Source of the DNA: a virus
Taxonomy: Duplodnaviria; Caudoviricetes
DNA: 43,318 nucleotides
IMG/VR virus record: IMGVR_UViG_3300025470_000036
Location: 1 to 43,318 of that record
Direction: 5' to 3' (one strand)
Made by a program: the position numbers and the translations under genes. The notes under the pieces are model-generated. The model worked only from the letters and a program-made list of their open reading frames with translations. It had not been told where the DNA came from and made no database searches. Shown here piece by piece: positions 23,502 through 32,440 of this stretch (its first letter is position 1; each line of letters starts with the position of its first letter).

Positions 23502-24368
23502 ATGACCACTACAAATAAAAATCTTAATCAGCCGACGCTTAATTCTCAGTCATGGAACGTCCCGCTAAACGATAATTTTGGTTATATTGATAAGGCTCTT
23601 GGGTCTACTGCCCCTATATATCTTAGCGGCTTGACAGATTATACAATGAGCACATCAGAGGCGCAAAATTTAATTGTTTCTATTACTGGAACTATCGGAA
23701 CAAGCTCATCTCCTGGTAACGTCAATGTAAAGCTTCCAGATAATATTGGCGGATTTTGGATTGTCATTAACGGAACAAGTGACAGTGTTTCAGGAACAAA
23801 TAACACGGTTACATTTAAGACAACGTCAGGGTCAGGCGTTGTCGTAACACGCGGTTATGCAACTATTGTTTATGACACTGGGTCATCTGCAGCAGTCGGA
23901 AATGTTCTTAATGCATTGTCTGACCGCCTATCAATTGCTGGCGGAACTCTTATTGGCAATCTTATTGTCGGCGCTAGTTCAACGTCTGGATCTACATTTG
24001 TCGTCAACAATACTGGCGCAGCAAATGCTCTTGTTGTTAGCGGTGGCAGCGTTTCAACAGTAGGAAACATAACAGCATCAGGCAATGTTACCGCCTATTC
24101 TGATCAAAGATTAAAAGAAGATATACGCACAATAGATGACGCAATTTCTATTGTTAAACAGCTTCGTGGCGTTAGCTACATTAACAAGTCAACAAAAGCG
24201 CCCGGTGTTGGTGTTGTTGCTCAAGAAGTATTGGACGTTCTGCCTGCGGTTGTTCATCACGATGATAATGGTTTTATGCATGTTGCGTATGGTAATATTA
24301 TCGGCGTTCTTATTAACGCAATAAAAGAGCTATCAGTTCGCGTCGAAGAATTGGAGCAGAGTAAATGA
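23502..24368 (+). CDS. tail fibre with C-terminal S74 intramolecular chaperone
   Basis: W..PLN.NF..ID.A N-terminus; AYSDQRLKEDI...LRGVSY...GVVAQEV..VLP..V...VAYGN....LI.AIKEL. Confidence 0.85.
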   Translation: MTTTNKNLNQPTLNSQSWNVPLNDNFGYIDKALGSTAPIYLSGLTDYTMSTSEAQNLIVSITGTIGTSSSPGNVNVKLPDNIGGFWIVINGTSDSVSGTNNTVTFKTTSGSGVVVTRGYATIVYDTGSSAAVGNVLNALSDRLSIAGGTLIGNLIVGASSTSGSTFVVNNTGAANALVVSGGSVSTVGNITASGNVTAYSDQRLKEDIRTIDDAISIVKQLRGVSYINKSTKAPGVGVVAQEVLDVLPAVVHHDDNGFMHVAYGNIIGVLINAIKELSVRVEELEQSK

Positions 24369-25144
24369 CATTACCATCAAGTGGGCCTCTTGCGCTTGCT
24401 GGGTCTGCATCTAACTCAATAAACAACGAGTTTGGATACGGCACCAATCTTAACGCTTATCGCGGTCTGCTTTATACAAATAGTAGCGCAACGGCTACGT
24501 ATCCATTTCCAAACTCCAGCAATCCAATATCTTTTGCAAATTTTTATAGCACCAGAAAAATACCGTCTGGATCTGTTACATACGCAAACGGCCAAAGCGG
24601 CGGCTTCACAATACCTCCGTATAATTACATCACTATTCAGGTTGCGGGCGCGGGAGGCAGCGGCGCAGGTGGTTACGGAAGTTCTGGGAACCAAGGGTGT
24701 CAACCGTCAGCGGGTGGCGTGGGAACAACCGGCGGAACGTCTTATTTTGGGTCAGGCGGTCAAGTTTGGTATCAATATGCGACAGGCGGCGGCGGCGGTA
24801 GGACTGGCGCTGGGACTGGTTACGGAATTAATGGAACACAAGGCGGTGGAGGAAGCGCGGGCAGTGGCGGCGCTCACGGTCCTTGTGGATACTGGCAAAA
24901 CAATGGTGAGTCAGGGTATGCCGGCGGTTACTCATACATCACATTAGCAAATCCGCTTATTGGCGGAAGTGGCCCCTACACTGGAAACGCTTACCCATTT
25001 TATGCCGCGCCAGGAACGACAGGCGGCGGCGGCGGGACGGGCGCTGACTACAATATTTATGTAGGATGTTATGCAGCTGGCGGGTGTAATGGATATCAAG
25101 GCGGAAGCGGCGGAACTGGTTACGTCACAATATCATGGTATTAG
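24365..25144 (+). CDS. glycine-rich fibre tip / adhesin (T-even gp38-like arrangement)
   Basis: MTLPSSGPL...I.NEFG...IS..NFY N-terminus; poly-Gly tracts; follows the S74 fibre. Confidence 0.6.
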   Translation: MTLPSSGPLALAGSASNSINNEFGYGTNLNAYRGLLYTNSSATATYPFPNSSNPISFANFYSTRKIPSGSVTYANGQSGGFTIPPYNYITIQVAGAGGSGAGGYGSSGNQGCQPSAGGVGTTGGTSYFGSGGQVWYQYATGGGGGRTGAGTGYGINGTQGGGGSAGSGGAHGPCGYWQNNGESGYAGGYSYITLANPLIGGSGPYTGNAYPFYAAPGTTGGGGGTGADYNIYVGCYAAGGCNGYQGGSGGTGYVTISWY

Positions 25145-25162
25145 ACAATGCACCCGGAGGAC

Positions 25163-25273
25163 ATGAATAAAATATACACGCTTCTCCGGGTGTTTGTCGC
25201 GTTGCTCATTGTTATTTTTACTGTCAGGTGCTTAAGCGCAGTATTTCACGGCGTATTATCTGCGATCAAGTAG
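25163..25273 (+). CDS. 36-aa hydrophobic peptide (not in ORF track)
   Basis: GGAGGAC-ATG; MNKIYTLLRVFVALLIVIFTVRCLSAVFHGVLSAIK; an in-frame upstream ATG at 25148 is an alternative start. Confidence 0.4.
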   Translation: MNKIYTLLRVFVALLIVIFTVRCLSAVFHGVLSAIK

Positions 25274-25744
25274 TTTTTCCAATTTAATTCTTGCGGGTAT
25301 ATAGCAACGATCGGCGTGCGGCTTACAGTAAGAACCGCGGTCAACACGTTCGCCGCAATATACTGGCGGCTTGTCGTTTTCTGTTGTTACAATAAATCGG
25401 CATGAGTAATAGCTCAGATCAAGCAGTGACACGCCTGTTATTGGTTTGCTAAAGTATTCGTTTATGTCAAAGGCACTTGTTATATCTACTCTGGGCATCT
25501 CCATTCTTATCTTTGGCTTTACTTCTATTTTCTTTTCAATCTTTGCCTTCTTCTTTTCTGCCTTCTCTTTTTCGTTATTCCGCCCAGACGCTCTCTCCTC
25601 TACAAAAACGCCACTTCTTCTTTGTCGGTGAACAAATCCAAGAATTGCGTTCCTGGTTAAGTTAAGGGCGGTGGCTATTTCGCTGCCGCTACTGCCGGCG
25701 TTCCACATTTCTATAATTTTATTTTTAGCTGCGTCGTCGATCAT
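25256..25744 (-). CDS. gcrA: GcrA-family cell-cycle regulator homolog
   Basis: MW.AG.S.SEIA..L..TRNAILG.VHR HTH; VSLLDL....CRFI......YCG......SYC..H..R.Y C-terminal domain. Confidence 0.88.
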   Translation of the reverse strand: MIDDAAKNKIIEMWNAGSSGSEIATALNLTRNAILGFVHRQRRSGVFVEERASGRNNEKEKAEKKKAKIEKKIEVKPKIRMEMPRVDITSAFDINEYFSKPITGVSLLDLSYYSCRFIVTTENDKPPVYCGERVDRGSYCKPHADRCYIPARIKLEKLLDRR

Positions 25745-25870
25745 TTCATCACCTTGCTATATATCGATTTCTAACGTATGATGCGCAACATATTGACGTT
25801 ATTGACAATTCTGTGACGTCCCCTCATGCGCAAATCAAACATTAGTAAGACTTAACCAAAGGTCAATACA

Positions 25871-27187
25871 GTGGCGCGAGAAATCCCCTCAAAAGATGAC
25901 CTAAAAAAATTAATTAAATTAATAGAAAGCCTTCTGCAGGAAGGCTGCAAGCCACAAGGCATCCCAACAAATAGCCACGAGCGGACGGCGATATCGACTG
26001 CCGCGAAGAAGATGGGCGTCCACGCGCAAACGGTTCACCGAAGACTGGCAATCGCCGAAACAGAATACGGCCTTGAGCCAGACTGGTCTCTTTACAAGGA
26101 TCCTGCTTCTTCTGGAGAGGAGAAGTCTGCGGAGCACTTAACGGTCCGCCGCTTAAAGGATAAGCTTGCCAGCGCTGAAGCCAGGGCAGCCGCCGCAGAG
26201 CGCACTACAATTAGCGCAGAGGCCCTCAGGGAGGGCGTATTTAATCTTACCGCTACTCCACTATACCCTCAGCCCTGGAAGCCATCCAAGGACACTGCGG
26301 GACGCGTCAGAAAAGAGGCGCTTATTCTTCAGATATCCGACGTCCACATGGGCGAGTATATCGACAAAGACCAAATGGGCGGCAGGAACTCCTACAGCAA
26401 AGAAATATGCGGAAAGCGCTTGCAGAGGCTATTTCAAAGCGTCGTCAAAATGGGCACGGTTCATTGGTCCGGCCCTCCTCCTGCCATCATATACGTTATA
26501 CTTTGCGGAGATTTAATCTCCGGGGAAATACATGAAGAACTGGCAAAAACCAATGATCTTTTGGCCATTCCTGCTGTGCGTGAGCTTTCTCAGCATCTCA
26601 TATCCGGTCTGGAGCTTCTACTCTCTTCCTTTGACTGTGAAATCCGTGTCGTCTCCGTCCCAGGAAATCACGGTCGAACGACTAAGAAACCGGAAGCCAA
26701 AGGATTTGTTGTCAACTCATATGATACTTTGGTCGCTTGGCTTGTCGAGAGCTGGTTTACTGGAAGACAAACAAAGCGGATATCTTTCTCCGCTCCCATA
26801 TCTGGCGACGCATTAATCAACATAGCAGGCTGGAATTTTCTCTTCACGCATGGCGACAGAATAGGCAGCCGGGGCGGCATGGGCATGATTGGCCCCTCTG
26901 CCACGATCGCCAGGGGCATGCAGCGTATCATACAAGATTATGCATCTGAGCAAGTTGTGGTAGACTGGGTGATGGTTGGTCACTTCCACACTCCTGTGGA
27001 ACTAGAACAGGGGTTTGCCAATGGGTGTTTATCAGGCCCTTCTGAATACTCTCGCTCTGGCCGTATGCGTAGTCATCCTGCTTGTCAGTGGCTTATTTCC
27101 GTTCATCCTGATCACGGCGTTGCTCGCCGCTGGAAACTTGTCGTCGGGACCCCGGATGAGGGAAGTATATATAAGGGAAGGGCGTAA
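25871..27187 (+). CDS. calcineurin-like metallophosphoesterase with N-terminal HTH / coiled coil
   Basis: SDVH, GDLISG.IH, GNHGR, THGD and GHFH motifs; AAKKMGVHAQTVHRRL HTH. Confidence 0.8.
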   Translation: MAREIPSKDDLKKLIKLIESLLQEGCKPQGIPTNSHERTAISTAAKKMGVHAQTVHRRLAIAETEYGLEPDWSLYKDPASSGEEKSAEHLTVRRLKDKLASAEARAAAAERTTISAEALREGVFNLTATPLYPQPWKPSKDTAGRVRKEALILQISDVHMGEYIDKDQMGGRNSYSKEICGKRLQRLFQSVVKMGTVHWSGPPPAIIYVILCGDLISGEIHEELAKTNDLLAIPAVRELSQHLISGLELLLSSFDCEIRVVSVPGNHGRTTKKPEAKGFVVNSYDTLVAWLVESWFTGRQTKRISFSAPISGDALINIAGWNFLFTHGDRIGSRGGMGMIGPSATIARGMQRIIQDYASEQVVVDWVMVGHFHTPVELEQGFANGCLSGPSEYSRSGRMRSHPACQWLISVHPDHGVARRWKLVVGTPDEGSIYKGRA

Positions 27188-27213
27188 GAAGCGTCCATTT
27201 TAAGGGGCAAGTC

Positions 27214-27459
27214 ATGAGTGAGTATGACGACGATGATATCCCAGAGATCGACACGTCAGACGTGGACGAATTTCCGCTAGACGCAGTCGCGGCAAGAGTA
27301 ATTTCCTTCACAAAGCTTATTGCCTTGGTGGATCACATCAAGCACGACGAAGCGCAGAAGGAAGCGGTCATGATGCTTAAGGCCGTTCGTCGCTCGTTCA
27401 AAACAATACCAACGGCAGACGAAATAACGTCAATACCAGGCGGTAAAATAGATAAGTAA
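27214..27459 (+). CDS. hypothetical protein with acidic N-terminus
   Basis: 81-aa ORF with AAGGGG RBS, co-oriented with the phosphoesterase. Confidence 0.55.
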   Translation: MSEYDDDDIPEIDTSDVDEFPLDAVAARVISFTKLIALVDHIKHDEAQKEAVMMLKAVRRSFKTIPTADEITSIPGGKIDK

Positions 27460-27465
27460 TTATCT

Positions 27466-28068
27466 TCAATCAAAATTAAAGTTAATTACAATCCTATTTT
27501 GCGTCAAAACAGGTGTGCTGCTTGAGTGATATATGCGACTGTCAAAACAGACAAACCTGTTAGCCTTTGGTTTTATTTTTTGCCTTAAAGTTACTTTTTT
27601 GTTTAAAACTTTTACGTAATATTCCTCAGGAGCTCCGTTATAATTTTTATCTAATATCTCATTATACAAGTAAGTATCGCCGTCGCTGTCGTTTATATAT
27701 AAAAGACCAGTGTATGCCGTTTTATTTCCGTCTACATGAGGGTCGTGTATTAAGTATTTTTTAACGGCAGGTATTAAACCTGCGCGTATCCTAAATACTC
27801 TTTTTAAATTTACATCGACACGTTCTGCCATAAACGCTAATGACGCCTCAAGTATTGGCGCAAGTTGAGAATTATAATTATACTCGGCCATAAATAAATG
27901 CATAAAACTACCTTGATAAAGGTAGTTATTAATTAGGTCTTTGTCTCCGTATGCGGTTCCTTCAAGATAAAACCACGGCATATTCATCCTGTCATTTATT
28001 GAAGATTGTATTTTATTAAAAATAAATTCTGGCAATGCATCGTCTATGACTATTGGTTCAAATATCAC
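27466..28068 (-). CDS. 2OG-Fe(II) oxygenase
   Basis: PHVD (HxD), LLYINDSDGDT, PKANR.V.FD...YHSS......R.VINFN; markedly AT-rich. Confidence 0.85.
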   Translation of the reverse strand: MIFEPIVIDDALPEFIFNKIQSSINDRMNMPWFYLEGTAYGDKDLINNYLYQGSFMHLFMAEYNYNSQLAPILEASLAFMAERVDVNLKRVFRIRAGLIPAVKKYLIHDPHVDGNKTAYTGLLYINDSDGDTYLYNEILDKNYNGAPEEYYVKVLNKKVTLRQKIKPKANRFVCFDSRIYHSSSTPVLTQNRIVINFNFD

Positions 28069-28367
28069 TTTGATTTCTCCGTTCGAATAATTTCTAGAAC
28101 ATCCTCAAAATCTACGGCGTAGTGACTAATCTTAAATAAAATATTATTCACGTTAGCAATTTCGTCATGCAGCCTATTGCACTCTGCTTCATAACCAATT
28201 GCGTCGTGAGTTATTCTTTCGCTTAATATTTTTACTTCTTCACGAAGCCGCACAATTTCTTCCGCGGCCTCAATCATTACAGGCCCGCACATAACGCGGT
28301 AAAGCTTACTCTCTCTCTTGGCCAATTCGTTAAGACGCTTAACAATGTCTCTACCTGGCCAGCTCAT
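28065..28367 (-). CDS. hypothetical coiled-coil protein (DIVKRL...EAAEEI.RLR type)
   Basis: distant similarity to the 32.1-33.5 kb paralog array. Confidence 0.55.
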   Translation of the reverse strand: MSWPGRDIVKRLNELAKRESKLYRVMCGPVMIEAAEEIVRLREEVKILSERITHDAIGYEAECNRLHDEIANVNNILFKISHYAVDFEDVLEIIRTEKSK

Positions 28368-28376
28368 TTTCCGTTC

Positions 28377-28562
28377 CTATTTGGAGTAACACTTTATCAC
28401 GATTGGCGAAGCAGGTTCGCACTTTACTGGTCGGTATACACCATTTGATCTATACTCATACCCATTTGTGTCTACACTGCACCCAATTACTGGTAATACA
28501 ATTAATGTCGATATTACCAAAGTGAACGCTATTTTGTCAGCTCGCAGAAGTAATGAGCGCAT
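28377..28562 (-). CDS. putative small lipoprotein
   Basis: GGAGG RBS; hydrophobic stretch ending VIG-C lipobox; two further Cys. Confidence 0.5.
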   Translation of the reverse strand: MRSLLLRADKIAFTLVISTLIVLPVIGCSVDTNGYEYRSNGVYRPVKCEPASPIVIKCYSK

Positions 28563-28572
28563 GCATCCTCCA

Positions 28573-28770
28573 TCATTGTATAGTCTTCTCAATATCCTGT
28601 TTGATAAGACCAACTACTTTTAAAATGACCTTCAGGTCATACTCACCATAATTACCATAGTGAGACTGTATGTAGGTCTGTGATTGCCAGGCTTCACAAA
28701 CCTGGACGCATTTAGACCATTCTGTTTTAGTGCCTGCAGAAAATCCTTCAGCATATGGATCGTCAATCAT
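28573..28770 (-). CDS. hypothetical protein
   Basis: AGGAGA RBS before the ATG at 28770. Confidence 0.5.
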   Translation of the reverse strand: MIDDPYAEGFSAGTKTEWSKCVQVCEAWQSQTYIQSHYGNYGEYDLKVILKVVGLIKQDIEKTIQ

Positions 28771-28786
28771 AATGTCTCCTATAGTG

Positions 28787-28810
28787 AAAAAGGCCGCAAC
28801 GTGTGCGGCC
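28787..28810 (-). terminator. rho-independent terminator
   Basis: GGCCGCA-5 nt-TGCGGCC then TTTTT on the minus strand, just after the stop at 28818. Confidence 0.6.
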
Positions 28811-28817
28811 ATTGTTA

Positions 28818-29207
28818 TTACTCAGCGGGGCCAAGTATTTCATCGGACAAAGCGTCCAAGTCTACCGGGACGTTTTTAGTTTTCTTCGTAAAAGAAAGCG
28901 TATTGCCCGGAAGCCCAACACCCTTCATGCCTATTTCTGACGCGACGTGGCCGGCAGCAAACTGGCCAGCAAACGCTAAATAGTTCATGGCGTCAACGTA
29001 ATTATCTTCATACGCACGCTTCTCCTGCATGCGACCAAGCTTCACGCAATGCAAGATCATTGCAATATCGTAAGGCGTGTATTCCTCACCCATTGTCGCC
29101 GTTGCAATGCGCGCAATGATTTCAAAGCATGCGTCAGGTGATCCGTATTGCTTTGATCTGTCGTCAACGATTTTTGCGGCAGTGAGTAATGCTTCCTTGT
29201 GATGCAT
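28818..29207 (-). CDS. DUF6378-like phage protein (nucleotide-metabolism associated)
   Basis: L..A..IV..R..QYG.P...F..IA; VKLGR......DNYVD...Y. Confidence 0.7.
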   Translation of the reverse strand: MHHKEALLTAAKIVDDRSKQYGSPDACFEIIARIATATMGEEYTPYDIAMILHCVKLGRMQEKRAYEDNYVDAMNYLAFAGQFAAGHVASEIGMKGVGLPGNTLSFTKKTKNVPVDLDALSDEILGPAE

Positions 29208-29223
29208 ATCTATCTCCTATTTC

Positions 29224-29469
29224 TCACACATATTGATTGGTAAAAACTTTAACCTTGCCCACGTAGCGATGATTAATCGCGACATTGCCACGACTAATAT
29301 AGTTTGCTGAATAGCGATCTTTATAAAACTCTTCAACGACTACGTAATCATTCTCGTTAAGAGCGCGAACAAAATCCTCAAGACTGTTTGATGATTTGTG
29401 TTCGACATGCATTTGGTGAACAAGGTTATCTGTGTAAGACGGCATGTTCATCGTTATTAAAAATCGCAT
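29224..29469 (-). CDS. hypothetical protein
   Basis: 81 aa; GGGAATTGATATG initiation region. Confidence 0.6.
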   Translation of the reverse strand: MRFLITMNMPSYTDNLVHQMHVEHKSSNSLEDFVRALNENDYVVVEEFYKDRYSANYISRGNVAINHRYVGKVKVFTNQYV

Positions 29470-29562
29470 ATCAATTCCCTATTAAGCCGGGGTGTGATGC
29501 GGCTTTGCATTGTAACACCACACCCCTTTATTAGATGGAAACAATCCACCTAATCTTTCTTA

Positions 29563-30198
29563 TCAACCAAAGTCATCATCCCCACCCGCGGGAGCCGAAA
29601 CTTTAGTAGAGCCAGTTGATGGCGGCGTTGTTGATACTTTAGCCGACGAGCTACGCTCCTTGTGGACAAGATCATCAGGACGAGAAACCCAACCCGTGAT
29701 CTTGAACTTTGGCGCGTAGTTCGTCGACTTACGGGCCCCTTCACCCGAAGTGATTGCTACTGTATCCTCAAGTGATACAATTGGCAATTTGCCTGCATTG
29801 GCGGAAGACTGAGACTTGTATTCGTCATGCAGCTGGTCAAGGCCGCGCATAAACGCCTTAGCGGTTGACGCAAACTCTCTAATGTCTCCGCCGCAATCCT
29901 TGCCAAGCTTAACAATGAAGCGGACGCCTTCGCGGAAAGTGTCGCCTGGCTGCTCTGGCTTTGGGCCAGACCCAAGGACTGCCATTGCAAACTGCGGAGC
30001 TCCGCTCTCAAAATCAATCCACCCAGTCTCAAGGTTCTCCAGGTCAAAGACAGCCTTAAAGCTTCTTGAAATATCCGTATTTTGGCTCTCGCCATTTACG
30101 CGATCGACGCGAAACATCTTGCCGGCGCGGGCGTCATACTTAACGATAGGAAGGAAATCACCACCGCCAGCGCTCTCGTAATTAATGCCTAATGCCAT
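29563..30198 (-). CDS. putative single-stranded DNA-binding / annealing protein
   Basis: next to the exonuclease; flexible P/S/T tail ending GGDDDFG (acidic-aromatic C-terminus). Confidence 0.65.
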   Translation of the reverse strand: MALGINYESAGGGDFLPIVKYDARAGKMFRVDRVNGESQNTDISRSFKAVFDLENLETGWIDFESGAPQFAMAVLGSGPKPEQPGDTFREGVRFIVKLGKDCGGDIREFASTAKAFMRGLDQLHDEYKSQSSANAGKLPIVSLEDTVAITSGEGARKSTNYAPKFKITGWVSRPDDLVHKERSSSAKVSTTPPSTGSTKVSAPAGGDDDFG

Positions 30199-30262
30199 AA
30201 CTATTCTCCATTATGCGACGATCTAGCCCGCCGCTTGCTCTTGTCCTTAATGGACGAAGCTC

Positions 30263-31015
30263 TCACATTTTCCAGATGTCAAAGACTGCCTGACGCGCAA
30301 AGGGATCATTAAAATAAAAGCTGTCAACATCAGGAACAACAAGCGCGGCAAGTTCCATCGGATCGTCACTGATAGATAAAAATTTTTGAATTGCAAGCCC
30401 TATTCTGCCTAACGTCGCGACGTGCTCCTCAACATTCTCCAAGCGATAAACGGCGCTCTTTTTAGTGCTTACGTAAGCCAAACGCGGATCAAGGTCGTTA
30501 CCCTTTGCGGCAGTGTATAGCGCCACTTGTCGCGCGTGGTTCGTCTTTATCTTAGACGGGATGGCGTGTGTCGTTTTAAGGTCTACGATAATCTTGTGAT
30601 TTTGCCATTCAAAATCAAAGTAACCAATGAATGGGACGAGGAGACCCTCAAACCGATACTCAATCTTTCCTTGCGCGCCAGTCGGATGCCCATAAGGTCT
30701 AAGCTCTTTGAGGCCGACGCGGACCATATCTGCAACAGCTGCACGCTCTTTTTCTTTTTGCGGGTCCTGGGAGATCGCAGAAAGCTCATAAAACTTTTCA
30801 TTTGCGACGCGGATGCATTCATCGTCTAAGGCTCCTGTCTCTAAGCCGTGAGCAATTCCGGCCTCTACCGCGGTCCCCCTGAATGCGGCGCAGCCTACCT
30901 GGCCTCGTTGCTTCAAGCATTTCTCAAGGACAAAGGAGGCGGGGCTTCCAACGTATGTGTTGCATGTTGACGGGGACAGGTGCGGTATGCCGTGGATTTC
31001 AAACGGGTTTTTCAT
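30263..31015 (-). CDS. PD-(D/E)XK exonuclease
   Basis: HLSPS, RGTAVE, GYFDF......IVDLKTT, QVALY. Confidence 0.8.
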   Translation of the reverse strand: MKNPFEIHGIPHLSPSTCNTYVGSPASFVLEKCLKQRGQVGCAAFRGTAVEAGIAHGLETGALDDECIRVANEKFYELSAISQDPQKEKERAAVADMVRVGLKELRPYGHPTGAQGKIEYRFEGLLVPFIGYFDFEWQNHKIIVDLKTTHAIPSKIKTNHARQVALYTAAKGNDLDPRLAYVSTKKSAVYRLENVEEHVATLGRIGLAIQKFLSISDDPMELAALVVPDVDSFYFNDPFARQAVFDIWKM

Positions 31016-31044
31016 AATATCCAATCTCAATTTTGATTTGTGTC

Positions 31045-31107
31045 ACCCTGACTACACAAAACCGCCCCGTCAACCCACTTGACAAAAAAAATCCGGGAGG
31101 GCAGCTT
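31045..31107. promoter_or_regulatory. back-to-back divergent promoters
   Basis: minus TTGACG(31073-31068)-17-CAGGGT and plus TTGACA(31079-31084)-17-CAGCTT, at the strand switch. Confidence 0.55.
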
Positions 31108-31140
31108 GAGCGTCAAAATATGCACTAAGGGGAAATTGAT

Positions 31141-31632
31141 ATGAATAAGCGCGATGGAAATAAGGGTCTTACATTTGAAGGAAAGGTCGATTTATCTCAT
31201 TGGGATCTTTTTTCTATAGATAAAAAAATTGAAGATGCTTTTGATGATTTTGAAACAATGATGGAACAAACAATCCAAAAAGCCAGGGATAATATAGAAA
31301 AAGCAATTGGAAAAACGGAAGACCGCGTCAGAGAAATATCAAGCGACGTTCTTCAGATAGCATTAGAGGAAGACCTCACTGTAGGGTTTTGGGAAATAGC
31401 AGAACATCCTGAGAAATTAACGATCTATTTATCTGAGTTTGCAGAGGACGGCTATCACGTCCACGTAGACATAAAAAAAGCTATTCACGAACTCCTTATT
31501 GACGCCTGTCGCCAAGACAGTGACGGATACGTCAGCGACGAATATGAAGAGCATATAATTAAATTTGCTTCTATGCTTGATGATATTTCAAATGAGTTAA
31601 AAACCGCCATCAGGCCAAAGGAAAAAGAATGA
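31141..31632 (+). CDS. hypothetical acidic protein
   Basis: 163 aa, D/E-rich; GGGGAAATTGATATG start. Confidence 0.6.
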   Translation: MNKRDGNKGLTFEGKVDLSHWDLFSIDKKIEDAFDDFETMMEQTIQKARDNIEKAIGKTEDRVREISSDVLQIALEEDLTVGFWEIAEHPEKLTIYLSEFAEDGYHVHVDIKKAIHELLIDACRQDSDGYVSDEYEEHIIKFASMLDDISNELKTAIRPKEKE

Positions 31633-32087
31633 CATACAAATGCATAATGGGCGTTGATCCTGGCGCGTCAGGAGCCGTGGCGTTTTACTACACAAACGAC
31701 ATCCACCTCATTGCGGCGTATGACGTGCCGATTATAGGAAAAGAAATAAATGCGACGGCATTGTTTGAGCTCATTAAGCATCACGCGCCGGATATGGCAG
31801 TTGTCGAAAGCGTCCACGCGATGCCGAAGCAAGGCGTTAGTTCGGTCTTCAATTTTGGTATGGCATATGGCGTCGCAAAAGGCGTTATCGGAGCGGCAGG
31901 CATCAGAAGAGTTGATGTGTCCCCCGGTAAGTGGAAGAGGCATTTTGGCCTTTCGGCGGATAAAGAGTCTGCAAGGGCGCTGGCTATTAGCCAATGGCCT
32001 AAGAGCGAACATTTTCGCCGCAAGAAAGATCACGGCAGGGCAGAGGCGGCGTTACTAGCTTTGTATGGTGCTCAAACACAAATGTAA
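31629..32087 (+). CDS. RuvC-like Holliday junction resolvase
   Basis: MGVDPGASGAVA, VVESV, S.F.FG..YG, V.P..WK, DHGRAEAALLA. Confidence 0.82.
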   Translation: MTYKCIMGVDPGASGAVAFYYTNDIHLIAAYDVPIIGKEINATALFELIKHHAPDMAVVESVHAMPKQGVSSVFNFGMAYGVAKGVIGAAGIRRVDVSPGKWKRHFGLSADKESARALAISQWPKSEHFRRKKDHGRAEAALLALYGAQTQM

Positions 32088-32098
32088 TGGAGATTGAC

Positions 32099-32440
32099 GT
32101 GAGTGAATATTCAGACCTCGTGAAGCGATTGCGAACAGAATGGTATGATGGCGAAATTGATTGCGAAGCCGCCGACGTTATTGAGCTCTTACAGCGTGAA
32201 CTAAAGTGCGCGAATGAACTATGGGAGCAGCAAAAGGAACTGGCTTTGGAATATTTGGCTGACATAGAAAAAGCTAATGAGCGGATTGCTGAACTAGAGG
32301 CAGCGTTAAAGCCGTTCGCGCTAGGAGGGACAGCAATAGAAGCCGGACATAATGCTGCATCAGACGACTATCCTTTGATGCAAGTTGTATCATGTGGCGA
32401 CCTACGCCAAGCTCGTAAGGTATTGGGAGAGGAGGAATGA
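32099..32440 (+). CDS. paralog array member 1 (YSDLVKRLR family)
   Basis: GGAGATTGAC-GTG start; shared blocks with the next three ORFs. Confidence 0.7.
   Translation: MSEYSDLVKRLRTEWYDGEIDCEAADVIELLQRELKCANELWEQQKELALEYLADIEKANERIAELEAALKPFALGGTAIEAGHNAASDDYPLMQVVSCGDLRQARKVLGEEE

Noticed and set aside
25841-25860. CtrA box between gcrA and the phosphoesterase (ATTA-N7-TTAAC)
   Set aside because: Two mismatches to TTAA-N7-TTAA in AT-rich DNA; not distinguishable from chance
29665-29700. CTGATGA on the minus strand near a GAAAC
   Set aside because: The two motifs are on opposite strands and inside the SSB coding frame, with no hammerhead stems
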